Counted from the first letter of the stretch, positions 10,539-21,040 are shown. The stretch: 64,000 bases of DNA from Spirulina sp. (GCA_044070495.1 JBIPSI010000014.1:83541-147540); one strand, 5' to 3'. Numbers and translations: made by a program. Notes: generated by a model not told the origin, from the letters alone.

Positions 10539-12212
10539 CTAGGGGGCCGACACAGCCCACCAGGCCAAACCGTAGGGCTGGGTGGGTTGGTCGTGAACCT
10601 GCCGCTGGTAGATTACCCTCAGCTTATAGCGTCCGGTTTCCGGAATTTGATAAAAAATGTGCTCTACGCTGTCTACCTCGCTCACCGAAGACCAGAGGCT
10701 TTGGCTGAGGTCGTCGCTGTCGGCGGGCATCAGGTACAGGTTAAGGTCATTAAGTCCCTGATCCTGGAAGCCTTCGCCCATGTCGTAGAGTCCATTGCCG
10801 TTGCTGTCCACCAAATCCACCACCCGCTCCCAGGCGAGGGTAGCCGAGAGGTAGCTGCCGCCCTGGAGCGGTTCGGCAAACACATAGTCTTGCACCTGGG
10901 TCGTAGACGAATCCACCTCCGCCAAGTTCCAGCCCACGGCGGGGATGCTGCCCTCTGGGCCAAAGGCTCCGGGCAGGAGTTGTTGGTAGGCGCGGTAGGC
11001 GTTTAGGTGTCCGGTGCCGAGGTCACTGTGGAGGGGAATTTTGCGGTCGCGGTAGGCATCAGAGTCGATCCAGGGGCGGCCACTGCTATCGACCAGGGTG
11101 CGAGCCATGCCTAGGCGGAGGCCATCGCCGTTGTCCTCCAGCTTGTCGGCGGAGTTCATCAGTGCCGCCTTGATCACCATGGGGTGCCGTCCGTTGATTG
11201 ACCAATTGCTGAGGCCAGCCCGAATTTGCCGATCCACCAACTGCTGCATCAGGGCAATGGTGCCCACCACATGGGGCGCGGCAAAGCTGCTACCCGTGGA
11301 GATGCGCCGCCGCCCATCGGGATCAAACATTTCAATGTCGTGCCCCGGAGCCACCAGGGTAATGGAACGGCGTGGCCCTTCGTTGGTTTCGGGATTGGGG
11401 GAACGGGGGGATCGCACCGTGGGTTCGCTGCCCAGGTTGGCCTGATCGAGTCGGGTGAAGCGACCATCGGCCTCACGACGGGAATAGGCAATGGTCAAAC
11501 CATTGAAATGATCCGTGGGGATGGGAATGCCCCCCCGACCCTGGTTGCCCGCAATTACGTACAGCGCCCCATGCTCCCGCGACAGCCAGTCGATGCACTG
11601 GGTGAGCAACGCATTGCCATCCAGCACCGGATTGGGCCGAGGATCCCGCTGGAGGGGTTCGCCAAAGCTAAAGTTCAAGGCCCGCACATCGCCGCTGTTC
11701 TGTGTCGCCACCGCCTGGGTGGTGAGACATTCCTCCGGCTGGGCGCTGCGGCTGCCGTCCAATTCGCCCACCGCCCCGGCATAGAGCAACGCCTCTGGGG
11801 CCACCCCGGTCAGGGTTTTGTCTTGGCTAATCATCACACTGGCCACATTGGCGGCATGGCCATCCACAAACTCGTTGGCCGTGGCCCAGCTATCCAACTG
11901 CAACACCCGCCATACGGCCACGGGCAGGGGCGTCACCTTATCCAACCCATACTGCCCCGGACGCCCAATTTCCACCTGGCCGATGGCAATCTTTTCCCCA
12001 GTGAGATCGTAGGGGGCATCATGGAGGCGACGGGCATCGATCCCCTCTGGCCCCACCGAAGTCGATAGGGCCAGGGCAGCCTGCGCCCCCAACCCGCCCA
12101 TCATCCCCACGCCCAGGACAACCTTCACCCAGCGCGACAGCCGCCGCTTGTTGGAAACGGGTGAAGGAACGAGTGACGGGGAGAATGGCGTCCCCTGGCC
12201 CTGCTTGCCCAT
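10539..12212 (-). CDS. Subtilisin-like S8 serine peptidase, secreted
   Basis: GHAANVAS (His), IAGN (oxyanion Asn), LVAPG, TGSSFAAPHVVG (Ser). Confidence 0.9.
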   Translation of the reverse strand: MGKQGQGTPFSPSLVPSPVSNKRRLSRWVKVVLGVGMMGGLGAQAALALSTSVGPEGIDARRLHDAPYDLTGEKIAIGQVEIGRPGQYGLDKVTPLPVAVWRVLQLDSWATANEFVDGHAANVASVMISQDKTLTGVAPEALLYAGAVGELDGSRSAQPEECLTTQAVATQNSGDVRALNFSFGEPLQRDPRPNPVLDGNALLTQCIDWLSREHGALYVIAGNQGRGGIPIPTDHFNGLTIAYSRREADGRFTRLDQANLGSEPTVRSPRSPNPETNEGPRRSITLVAPGHDIEMFDPDGRRRISTGSSFAAPHVVGTIALMQQLVDRQIRAGLSNWSINGRHPMVIKAALMNSADKLEDNGDGLRLGMARTLVDSSGRPWIDSDAYRDRKIPLHSDLGTGHLNAYRAYQQLLPGAFGPEGSIPAVGWNLAEVDSSTTQVQDYVFAEPLQGGSYLSATLAWERVVDLVDSNGNGLYDMGEGFQDQGLNDLNLYLMPADSDDLSQSLWSSVSEVDSVEHIFYQIPETGRYKLRVIYQRQVHDQPTQPYGLAWWAVSAP

Positions 12213-12336
12213 AGATAACCGTCCTGGCTTGGTGGATGAGTTGGGATCTCTCCCTGGGCAAACTCTATCGCAAAGGCACCGCCAACGTCAGGAAATCCGC
12301 CCCCCTCCTTAAGATTTCCTACCCTACAACTTCAAG

Positions 12337-12439
12337 CCACCCCCCTCCCCTTCACACCCCTCCCCCTCACACCCTCACACCCTCACACCTTCCCACCATC
12401 ACACCTTCCCACCCTCACACCCTCACACCTTCCCACCCT
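12337..12439. repeat. Tandem 8-mer repeat tract (CACCCTCA / CACCTTCC), cyanobacterial STRR-like
   Basis: About a dozen imperfect units between the S8 peptidase and ABC transporter genes. Confidence 0.85.
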
Positions 12440-12450
12440 TGAACTCCCCC

Positions 12451-14265
12451 CTAATCAACCAACTCCCCAGTCTCTTGAAGCACATGCAAACGATGGTAGA
12501 TGCCCCCGTGGGCCAACAGTTCAGCATGGGTGCCCACCTCGGCAATGCGGCCCGCCTCTAGCACCACAATTTTGTCGGCCTCCCGCACGGTACTGAGGCG
12601 GTGGGCGATGATCAGGGTGGTGCGGGTGCCCAGGATGGAACCCATAGCAAGCTGGATGGATCGCTCGGATTCGTAGTCGAGGCTGGAGGTGGCTTCGTCG
12701 AACACCAGCACGTCGGGGTTCACCAGCAGGGCGCGGGCAATGCCAAGGCGCTGCCGTTGTCCGCCCGAAAGCCTCACCCCCCGTTCGCCCACCACGGTGG
12801 CGTAGCCCTGGGGCAGGCGGTGGATGAACTCGTCTACGCGGGCGATGCGGCAAGCTTCGTAGACCTCATCCAGGGTGGCGCTGGGGTTGCCGTAGGTGAG
12901 GTTATCCAGCAGGGTGCCGTTGAACACATCCACCTCCTGGTGCACGATGGCCAGCCGCCGCCGATAGCCCGTCACATCCAGCCGCCGCAGGTCTTCGCCA
13001 TCGATGAGAATCTGGCCGCTGTGGGGATCGAAATAGCGGAACAGCAATTTCACCAGGGTCGATTTTCCAGAACCCGACCGCCCCACCAGGGCCACGGTTT
13101 GCCGAGGTTCAATCAGCAGGTTGATGTCTTGGAGGACGGGTTTGTCGTCGTAGCCGAAGCTCACCCCTTGGAAATGCACCTTGCCCGTGAACTGGTAGGC
13201 GGGAATTTGGTCGGGGTGATCGACGAGGTTGACCGCATCGGTGCCCACGGGTTCGGCCATAAATTCGTGGAACCGCACCATGGAGGCATAGCGACGGGCG
13301 AAAATCTCCGCCAGGTTGCTGATCGGCTCTAGCTCCGAGTAGGCCATGCTCGACACCGTGAGGGTGGTGATGAAGTAGCCCAGGGACATACGCCCTTGCA
13401 GGGTGGCCCACAGGGTAAGGCCCAGGATGCCAAACACACAGCTTTGAATTACCAAATCCTGCCAGGTGTTGAGGATGACATAGCCCCGGTGGATCACCCG
13501 ATCCACCACCGTAAACTCACGCTCTAGGCGCTGGCTTTGGCGGCGCAATTCCTCGGCCTCGGCGGCAAAGGCTTTCACGGTTTTGATGTTGGTAATGATT
13601 TCCGAGGTGCGACTTTCGGTGCTTTCCATGTACCGATCCAGCGACTGCTCCTTTTTATTAAGGCGCACCAAGTCCTTGAGGCTGAAGCCCAGGATGAGAA
13701 TGAAGGACACCAAAAACACCAGGGCAATGGGCCAGTTAATCCAAGCCACCAGCAGCACAATGCCCACAATACGCACCAGTTTGGGAATCAACTGTCCGGC
13801 AATTTCGGGGTAGGTCCAGGTGTGGTTGGCCAAGCCACGGGCCACCCGTCCGGCAATGCGGCCTGGATTGTGCTCGTCGTAAAAGCCCAAGGGCAGGGTC
13901 AGCAGCTTGCGAATCACCGCCTGGGAATGGTCGCGGCGGGTGCGTAGGGCAATGTCCCAGTGGAACCACACCCCCAGCCAGGGCTGAATCGGTGCCCGCA
14001 CCACCGTGGCGCAAAAAATCACCGTTAGCAGCACCCCCAGGGTGAGGGCCGGGGTCACGGGCTGCCCTAGCGCCGCCGCAATCCCCGCCACCCAGCGCTG
14101 GCTGAGGGGATCGACCGCCTGGGTAGACAGCAGGTTGAGAATTTGCCCGGTGGCGTAGGGCACCAGCAGGTCGATCAACTGAAAGGCGCTGCTGGCCGCA
14201 ATGCTCAACACCGCCGCCCACCGATAGCGCTGGTAGTAACGAATCACCTGTTTCAGGGTAGCCAT
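12451..14265 (-). CDS. ABC exporter, fused permease/ATPase (MdlA/MsbA-like)
   Basis: TM domain, GRSGSGKST, LSGGQRQRL, VFDEATSSLD, IAHRLST. Confidence 0.95.
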   Translation of the reverse strand: MATLKQVIRYYQRYRWAAVLSIAASSAFQLIDLLVPYATGQILNLLSTQAVDPLSQRWVAGIAAALGQPVTPALTLGVLLTVIFCATVVRAPIQPWLGVWFHWDIALRTRRDHSQAVIRKLLTLPLGFYDEHNPGRIAGRVARGLANHTWTYPEIAGQLIPKLVRIVGIVLLVAWINWPIALVFLVSFILILGFSLKDLVRLNKKEQSLDRYMESTESRTSEIITNIKTVKAFAAEAEELRRQSQRLEREFTVVDRVIHRGYVILNTWQDLVIQSCVFGILGLTLWATLQGRMSLGYFITTLTVSSMAYSELEPISNLAEIFARRYASMVRFHEFMAEPVGTDAVNLVDHPDQIPAYQFTGKVHFQGVSFGYDDKPVLQDINLLIEPRQTVALVGRSGSGKSTLVKLLFRYFDPHSGQILIDGEDLRRLDVTGYRRRLAIVHQEVDVFNGTLLDNLTYGNPSATLDEVYEACRIARVDEFIHRLPQGYATVVGERGVRLSGGQRQRLGIARALLVNPDVLVFDEATSSLDYESERSIQLAMGSILGTRTTLIIAHRLSTVREADKIVVLEAGRIAEVGTHAELLAHGGIYHRLHVLQETGELVD

Positions 14266-14659
14266 GGGAAAAAACGGGAGACTACTTTTGTAGTATACAT
14301 ACTACAAGCAAATAGATCGACCCAATTGATGGCGATGTGCTACTTCAAAGACCCATATTCCAATTGCATAGATATGTGACTAGGGCGTTGTCTCCCTAGG
14401 GTGTGGGGGGAAACTTGAAGATAGGCGAGTGGATTGGTTGCAGTCGATGGTGTATTGGAGTTGACCTAGGATGCGGGTGGGCTACGGAGGTTGATACTAG
14501 GGCTTACTCCGATGGTCTAGTCCTGTGAAGCCGAGAATTCCGTCCCCTGCGCCGATCTTCGTATGTCCGTAATCTGAAAATCTATGTGCGTTTAAGCACC
14601 GTCACCCACGCATGGGTCGCCTTGGGGCCAACCATGGGTTGCAAAAGGAGCATTGGCTA

Positions 14660-15499
14660 ATGGCTAACACCGAGCACTTGAATATTCTGGATCAGGGAGT
14701 TGAGGCTTGGAATATTTGGCGAGTGCAAAATCCCGATATCCGGCCCGACTTCCAGGGGGCCGATTTGGCCAAGCGCAATCTTCCCGGCATTGACTTCCGC
14801 CATGCCAACTTTTACGAAGCCAACCTGCGCGAAAGCGTCTTCACCAACGCCAACTTCGAGTCCTCCACCCTCTACCGCTGCGACCTCTGTATGGCTGATC
14901 TCACCGGGGCTAACCTCAGCATGGTGGACTTTTACAAAACCAACCTCTACACCGCCAACCTGACGGATGCCAATCTGCGCTACTCCCACTTTTACAAGGC
15001 CGATATGCAGGAAACCCTGATGGCCTCAGCGGATCTGGGCGAATCGAACTTCTACGAGGTGGATATGCGGGAGGCGATTATGCACTCCGCCAACCTGGTG
15101 AGAACCACCTTCTACTACTCCAACCTCTGCAATGCGGATCTCTCCAGGGCTAACCTCAGCAGCGCCAGCCTGATGGGGGCCAACATGTCCAGGGCCAACC
15201 TACGACGGGCCAGTTGTGTGGGCACCAACCTGTTCCGGGCCACCCTCCAGGGCACCGACCTCAGCGAGGCCGACCTGCGGGAAGCGGTGCTGCGTCTGGC
15301 CGATCTCAGCCATGCCTCCCTCGAAAATGCCAACCTGTTCCGGGCCAATCTCTCGGAGGCCTGCCTCGACTTTGCCCAACTGGCGGGGGCCAACTTCAAG
15401 AAAACCAACCTGTGGCACGTCAACCTCGGCCAGCTCATTCTCACCCACCCCGCCCACGACCGCGATGCCATCACCTTCGATTCCAGCACCCTCAACTAA
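14660..15499 (+). CDS. Pentapeptide repeat protein
   Basis: MANTEHLNILDQGVEAWNIWR leader followed by continuous A(D/N)LXX repeats. Confidence 0.93.
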   Translation: MANTEHLNILDQGVEAWNIWRVQNPDIRPDFQGADLAKRNLPGIDFRHANFYEANLRESVFTNANFESSTLYRCDLCMADLTGANLSMVDFYKTNLYTANLTDANLRYSHFYKADMQETLMASADLGESNFYEVDMREAIMHSANLVRTTFYYSNLCNADLSRANLSSASLMGANMSRANLRRASCVGTNLFRATLQGTDLSEADLREAVLRLADLSHASLENANLFRANLSEACLDFAQLAGANFKKTNLWHVNLGQLILTHPAHDRDAITFDSSTLN

Positions 15500-15627
15500 C
15501 CCTGGGGATCGTCGAACGGGTGGCCTAATAAAGCCCGATTCCCTCTACCCTGCCTCTCCAGGGTGGAGAATGGCAGACAAACCGCGTAGGATCTAGACTC
15601 TAGTCTTTAACAGCATGGGTTTTGGCC

Positions 15628-17262
15628 ATGGATGATGCATTGATCTTGAAGCAAATTAGCCACCTGATTGCCACCCATTCCGGGATTCAGGTGCGTGATC
15701 AAGACTACAAAACCCTATCTGAAAAACTGTGGCGGCGAACCAAAGCCCTTGGCTTATCGTCCCTTCAGGCCTACCATCAGCGACTGATCCAGGAGCTTGG
15801 CACTGCGTCACCCTCAAGCCTAACGGGCCAAGGGGATGGATCTTCGTCGGAGTGGCAAGAGCTGTACGCTATTTTAACCATTAACGAAAGCTACTTTTTT
15901 CGAGATAAAAATCAGTATCGGCTGCTGCAAGACAATCTGCTGCCAGATTTAATTCAACGCAAGCGCCTAGAGGCCGAAACCCAGGGGACTCAGCCCCGAT
16001 TAAGAATTTGGAGCGCAGGCTGTTCCACCGGAGAAGAGCTTTATTCCATCGCCATTGTTTTGGATGAGCTCTCCTTACCCTGGCACCAGTGGGATGTGAT
16101 GTTAATTGGCACCGACATCAGTAAAACAGCCATCGACAATGCCCGCAAAGGGCTCTATGGCAACTGGTCATTTCGGCAGGTACCTGCCAATATTCAGAAG
16201 AACTATTTCCATCCTCACCACCAGCTCTTTAAAATTAGCGATAGTCTTCGGCAGCGAGTAATCTTTCAGTATGGCAATCTGCTCCAGGATCCCTTCCCAA
16301 ACCAGGCTAGCCGTCTGTATGAGATAGATTTAATCCTCTGTCGCAACGTGTTTATCTACCTAGACGAACGAGCCATTAGCCAAATTATTCATAAGTTTCA
16401 TCAGGCCCTAGTGCCCAAAGGCTATTTAATCACGGGCCACACCGAACTTTACGCCCAAGATACTACCCAGTTCTATCTAATTAACTTTCCCGAATCCATC
16501 GTGTATCAAAAGCAGATTCATCCTCCATCGGCCACCATCCCCCCTAAGCCCTCCAGTCTGCCCCCCTCATCCTCTCTCCCATCCGTAGCCTCCCCCCGAT
16601 CAAGGGTGTCTTCTGTCCCTCGTGCCCCCCGTTCTAGAGGGCATTCTGCACCGACTGCACCCGCTGCAAGATCCGTTGGCAACGTTCCCCCTCGTCCCTG
16701 GAATCTGCTTAGCCCAGACCTCCGCCAAGGCCTCAACCAAAACCAAAGCCCAGATGCCACCCTAGAAACAGCCCTAAAAGAGGCGGAAGCCCTCCTAAAG
16801 CAGGAAGCCTACGCCAATGCCGTTGAACGGGCCGAGAAAATTTTTAGGGCCTATCCCCACTGCGAAGGAGCCTACCGCATTGCCGCCCATGCCTATGCCA
16901 ATATGGGCAGCTACGAACAGGCCAAACAACTCTGTCAGCAGGCCCTTCAGCGGCAACCCTTGAATGTGGAAGTTTATTACCTATTGGCCCAAATTGCCGA
17001 AGATCAAAACGAGCTAGACATTACCAAAGACTATCTCCGAAAAATTATTTACCTTGACCATAGTTTTGTAAAAGCTTACTTGGATCTTGCGACTATCTAT
17101 GAGCGGGAAAGGCAACCTGAAAAGACTCAAAAAATGCGCAGCCACGCCCTAGAACTTTTGACAAAACTACCCCCGGACATGGTGCTAGATACCCACAGCG
17201 GCACCACCGCTGGCCAGTGGAAGGATCATTTACAAAAACAGCCGCCCCACCGCATTGCCTGA
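15628..17262 (+). CDS. CheR-type methyltransferase with C-terminal TPR domain (WspC-like)
   Basis: TINESYFFRD, RIWSAGCSTGEE, IGTDIS, DLILCRNVFIY, GHTE; Pro/Ser linker and TPR helices. Confidence 0.92.
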   Translation: MDDALILKQISHLIATHSGIQVRDQDYKTLSEKLWRRTKALGLSSLQAYHQRLIQELGTASPSSLTGQGDGSSSEWQELYAILTINESYFFRDKNQYRLLQDNLLPDLIQRKRLEAETQGTQPRLRIWSAGCSTGEELYSIAIVLDELSLPWHQWDVMLIGTDISKTAIDNARKGLYGNWSFRQVPANIQKNYFHPHHQLFKISDSLRQRVIFQYGNLLQDPFPNQASRLYEIDLILCRNVFIYLDERAISQIIHKFHQALVPKGYLITGHTELYAQDTTQFYLINFPESIVYQKQIHPPSATIPPKPSSLPPSSSLPSVASPRSRVSSVPRAPRSRGHSAPTAPAARSVGNVPPRPWNLLSPDLRQGLNQNQSPDATLETALKEAEALLKQEAYANAVERAEKIFRAYPHCEGAYRIAAHAYANMGSYEQAKQLCQQALQRQPLNVEVYYLLAQIAEDQNELDITKDYLRKIIYLDHSFVKAYLDLATIYERERQPEKTQKMRSHALELLTKLPPDMVLDTHSGTTAGQWKDHLQKQPPHRIA

Positions 17263-17329
17263 TTTTTAAGGCTGCCAATACCTCTTATATTACCGAATCC
17301 GAAAAACCCGATTCCCAACCCGGCAACTC

Positions 17330-17352
17330 GTAGGGGTAAGGTCTCCTCACCC
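17330..17352. repeat. GTAG-type REP, degenerate
   Basis: gtaggggtaaggtctcctcaccc. Confidence 0.6.
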
Positions 17353-17396
17353 ACACCGATACCGGGGGCGAACAAGCCGGATTTGGGATTAGGCCG

Positions 17397-18698
17397 TTAG
17401 GAGGCTACGTAGGTTACCAATACCTTATCGACTCTGGGGCCATCCATATCCACCACCTCAAACCGCAGTCCACCCCATTCAAAATATTCGCCCGATTGAG
17501 GAATATGGCTGAGGAAATGCACCACGAAGCCCCCCAGGGTATGGAAATGCCCTGCGGTTTCCCCTGGCAGTGTTTTTTGCTGCACGAGGGCTTTGAGTTC
17601 ATGGATGTCTAAGGATCCATCGATCAGCCAAGAGCCATCCTCCCGCTGAATAATCAGGGGTTCTGTCTGATCTTCCAGGGAGGGCAAGTCTCCCACAATG
17701 GCGGCCATCAGGTCATTCAGGGTAACGAGACCCTCTAAGCCACCATACTCATCGGTGACGAGGGCAATATGAATTCCGGTTTGCTTAAATTGGTCGATGA
17801 TCGTGAGGGCGCGGGCGTTTTCCGACACATACAGCGGCGGCTGGGCCAGGGCGGCTAGATCGATGGGCTGGCCCGACAGTTGAGCCGCCAGTAGGGCACT
17901 GCCCCGAATCACACCGATGCAGTCGTCTAAGCTGCCCTGCCCCACCGGAAAGCGCGAGTGATAGCTGTCCATGACGGCCTGGAGGTTTCCCTCTAGGGAG
18001 GCTTTGGTATCCAGCCAGGTAATTTCGGTGCGGGGGGTCATGATGGCCTGGATGGGGCGATCTCCCAGGCGAAACACCCGTTCCACCATTTCGTGCTCGG
18101 CCTCTTCAAACATCCCCGATTCAGCGCCCTGGCGAATCAGCACCTTAATTTCTTCCTCGGTAATGCCGGGTTCGTGGTTGGCGCTAATCCCCAACAGCCG
18201 AATCAGGGCATCGGTGGACAATCCCAAAATATGCACCAGGGGTGCCGCGAGGCGCGACAAAAACCGCATCGGCGGGGCCACGGCACAGGCCAGTTTTTCT
18301 GGGGCATTGAGGGCAATGCGCTTGGGCAGCAGTTCACCAATTACGAGGGAGAGGTAGGTAATGGTGGCCACAATCAGGGTGACGCTGAGCCCTTCGCTGT
18401 AGCGCTGGAGCGCAGGCACATTGTCAAACACGGGCCGTAGCCGCTGGGCCAGGGTAGCGCCCCCCACCGCACCGCTAAGGATGCCGATCAGGGTGATGCC
18501 GATTTGCACCGTGGCCAGAAAACTGTTGGGGGCATTGGCCAACCGCAGCGCCACCTGGGCACGACGGTTTCCCTGTTCCGCCATCTGCTCTAGGCGAACT
18601 TTGCGCGCCGACACCACCGCAATTTCTGACCCAGAAAAGACGCCATTTGCGACGATGAGCACCAGAATCAGCAGAATTTCAACGGAGAGGGAGGCCAT
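17397..18698 (-). CDS. Hemolysin family / CNNM-CBS-CorC protein
   Basis: NGVFSGSEIA, GELLPK, IMTPR, HSRFPV, DEYGG, TLGGF. Confidence 0.93.
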   Translation of the reverse strand: MASLSVEILLILVLIVANGVFSGSEIAVVSARKVRLEQMAEQGNRRAQVALRLANAPNSFLATVQIGITLIGILSGAVGGATLAQRLRPVFDNVPALQRYSEGLSVTLIVATITYLSLVIGELLPKRIALNAPEKLACAVAPPMRFLSRLAAPLVHILGLSTDALIRLLGISANHEPGITEEEIKVLIRQGAESGMFEEAEHEMVERVFRLGDRPIQAIMTPRTEITWLDTKASLEGNLQAVMDSYHSRFPVGQGSLDDCIGVIRGSALLAAQLSGQPIDLAALAQPPLYVSENARALTIIDQFKQTGIHIALVTDEYGGLEGLVTLNDLMAAIVGDLPSLEDQTEPLIIQREDGSWLIDGSLDIHELKALVQQKTLPGETAGHFHTLGGFVVHFLSHIPQSGEYFEWGGLRFEVVDMDGPRVDKVLVTYVAS

Positions 18699-18966
18699 AG
18701 CCGCGTTAAAAAGGGTAAATCAGGGAAAAGGACGCACCGACCTGTGCTGTGGTCGTCTGACCATTAGCCTAGACGATCCCTTAAGGCTTGGATAGCATGC
18801 CATCGTGCGGCCCCAACCGCCTCGGCAGGTTGTAGCGGTCGGTGCAGAGCAGGGGCATTGTAGAGCAACCCTCCCATTCTGCCCAACCCTCACCACGAGT
18901 TTGATTCTACAGAAAGAGCCGCCATTTCATCTGGATTTCATCGACTCCGTAGCGTCTAGAAGCAGC

Positions 18967-19194
18967 CTACTTCAACAGGTCAATCAAGTCTTCTTTTGAG
19001 AGGTCAGCATCTCGCAAGATTTTTAGCAGTAAGCCTTTGCCGACATCCTTGCCAGCATGAACAGGAATCGTAACCACTCTGCCGTCCTCATGTTTCATCC
19101 GCACATGACTACCCTTCTGACGGACAACTAAAAAGCCTATTTTCTCTAGGGCAGCAATGAGTTCTGGTGCCGTTACATTAGGAAGCTTTGGCAT
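18967..19194 (-). CDS. hicA: HicA family toxin
   Basis: GFLVVRQKGSHVRM...TIPVH...GLLLKILRDA. Confidence 0.9.
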   Translation of the reverse strand: MPKLPNVTAPELIAALEKIGFLVVRQKGSHVRMKHEDGRVVTIPVHAGKDVGKGLLLKILRDADLSKEDLIDLLK

Positions 19195-19406
19195 TAGACA
19201 ATTAGCCTTTGAACACCGACAAACTCAGTCGTAGTCTCTCCTTCTTCTAGCTCTTCCAAGCACATATCAATGACTTCTCGGATGTTAACCATGAGTTCGT
19301 CAATGGTTTCACCCTGGCTATAGCAAGCCTTAAGTTGAGGCACTTCTCCAACATAAAGGCCATCTTCATCACGCTCAATCACCACATAGAATTCTTTGGT
19401 TGGCAT
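19194..19406 (-). CDS. hicB: HicB family antitoxin, short form, upstream of hicA
   Basis: VIERDEDG.YVGEVPQLKACYSQGETIDE; TAATG stop-start overlap with hicA. Confidence 0.9.
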   Translation of the reverse strand: MPTKEFYVVIERDEDGLYVGEVPQLKACYSQGETIDELMVNIREVIDMCLEELEEGETTTEFVGVQRLIV

Positions 19407-19474
19407 AGACGTATCCTTAATAAAACGGCTAGACTATCATCCAGAAACAGAACACAATTTACTGTTCTAAGGTC

Positions 19475-19702
19475 ATGAATAAATCCATCACGTTTCAGGT
19501 CGATGCAGAAGTAGCTGATGCCTTCAATCAAGCGTCCTTCAGTCAGCAGCAGGCGATTCAGTCTGTCGTTGGTCTATGGCTTAAACAGATGGTGCAGCCA
19601 GAAAGCCTAGCTACGATTACGCAAGAGATCCGTCAGGATGCGGCTGAAAAAGGCCTGACACTAGACATTTTACAAGAACTGCTGAGCGATGACGAAGCTT
19701 AG
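19475..19702 (+). CDS. Putative antitoxin of the PIN toxin
   Basis: 75 aa, overlaps the PIN gene; C-terminal AAEKGLTLDILQELL. Confidence 0.65.
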   Translation: MNKSITFQVDAEVADAFNQASFSQQQAIQSVVGLWLKQMVQPESLATITQEIRQDAAEKGLTLDILQELLSDDEA

Positions 19703-20114
19703 ACTGGTTCTTGATACAAACGTCCTGATCAGCGGCCTTCTGACTCAAAACTCCATTCCTCAACAGGTTTATGATTACGCCATTGCCCAGGCCATCCTTT
19801 TGCAGTCGCAGGCAACGCTTGCAGAACTAGAGCGGGTTCTGCTTCGGCCCAAGTTTGATCGCTATGTCTCTCTAGAGAAACGCTTGCGATTCATCGCCAG
19901 TGTGATTGGTCATGCTGAATATATCGATATCTACGAATCGATTGAGCTGTGCCGCGACCCTAAAGATGATAGCTTGCTCGAACTTGCGGTCTCTGGTTCA
20001 GCGACTCATCTGGTTACGGGCGATCAGGATTTGTTAGTTCTCCGCCCCTTCAGAAATACCGTTATTCAAACGCCCTCAGCATTTTTAGCTGACCTTCGGA
20101 ACTCTGGCCGTTAG
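19689..20114 (+). CDS. PIN-domain putative toxin (PIN_3-type)
   Basis: LVLDTNVLISG, CRDPKDD, LVTGDQDLL. Confidence 0.9.
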   Translation: MTKLRLVLDTNVLISGLLTQNSIPQQVYDYAIAQAILLQSQATLAELERVLLRPKFDRYVSLEKRLRFIASVIGHAEYIDIYESIELCRDPKDDSLLELAVSGSATHLVTGDQDLLVLRPFRNTVIQTPSAFLADLRNSGR

Positions 20115-20198
20115 GACGCTTTCACCATTTCACCCGGTTTTCATCTCCCCCATGGCATCCTGTCAAGGCTTTTGTGCAAGTTGCCGTGAGGAGGCCCA

Positions 20199-20894
20199 AT
20201 GAAACCCGCTCTATTACTCAGTTCTGCCCTGTTGACCCTAGGGGTAATGCTCCACGCGCCCCATACCGTTGCCCACGTTGGCCATGGCGATGAATTTCAG
20301 GCCGAGGGCGGCGTCAACCGTGTGGAGGTGAAGCCAGACACGGATTCTCTGATGGGTATTCAGGTCAACCCCATTGAGGCCGCAACGGATGACAGCGGGG
20401 CGGTGCTGATCCCCGTTACGGCCCTAGTGGATGACAACGGGCGGCAGTTGGTGTTTGTGCAGTACGAGAATTTCTATGAGCCTGTTCCGGTAACGACTGG
20501 TGCAACCCAGGGTGAACTCATTGAAGTGACTGAGGGGCTATCGGTAGGGGAGCAGCTAGTGACTCAGGGGAGTCTGTCCCTCTATGCCGAATCGCGCAAA
20601 ACCCAGACCGCCGAGGCCGCACCCGCCACCGTTGATGAGGCCCACGCCCAGGCCGATGCTCAGGGTCTTCCCCACAGCCACGATGCCGCTGGCAACCTGG
20701 TGGAGTCTAGCGAAACCGCTACGCCCTCTGGTGAATTGGTCCAGGAAACCGAGACTAAAACCTCTGGAGACTTTTCTGTAGCCCTGTTGGTAGGGGTGGG
20801 ATCTGTGGCCGCTGTGGGCACTGGGACAATGGCCGTTTTGAGCAGCCGCAAGAAAAAGAGCCGATTTTCTGAAGGCACCTATTCCGAGAAGTAG
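20199..20894 (+). CDS. Short heavy-metal RND periplasmic adaptor-like protein with His motifs
   Basis: Signal peptide + HVGHGDEF; IPVTALVD..G..VFV...V.TG...IEV.EGL..GE.LV..G adaptor C-terminal motif; C-terminal TM. Confidence 0.7.
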   Translation: MKPALLLSSALLTLGVMLHAPHTVAHVGHGDEFQAEGGVNRVEVKPDTDSLMGIQVNPIEAATDDSGAVLIPVTALVDDNGRQLVFVQYENFYEPVPVTTGATQGELIEVTEGLSVGEQLVTQGSLSLYAESRKTQTAEAAPATVDEAHAQADAQGLPHSHDAAGNLVESSETATPSGELVQETETKTSGDFSVALLVGVGSVAAVGTGTMAVLSSRKKKSRFSEGTYSEK

Positions 20895-20945
20895 GGAAAA
20901 TTCCAGCCGTTGGGAAATGCCCTTGGGTGGCTAGGTTTCCTCGTG

Positions 20946-21040
20946 GCCCTCACCCCCAGCCCCTCTCCCAGGGATGAGAGGGGAGCTAGAACATCCTTCA
21001 AAGTCCCTCTCCCCAAGGGAGAGGGATTTAGGGTGAGGGC
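20946..21040. repeat. Cyanobacterial dispersed hairpin element (CCCTCACCCC...CCCCTCTCCC...GGGAGAGGG...GGGTGAGGG)
   Basis: Inverted termini gccctcacccc / gggtgagggc enclosing two internal hairpins. Confidence 0.75.

Noticed and set aside
12236..12442. 68-aa His/Pro/Thr-rich ORF
   Set aside because: It is only a translation of the 8-mer intergenic repeat tract.
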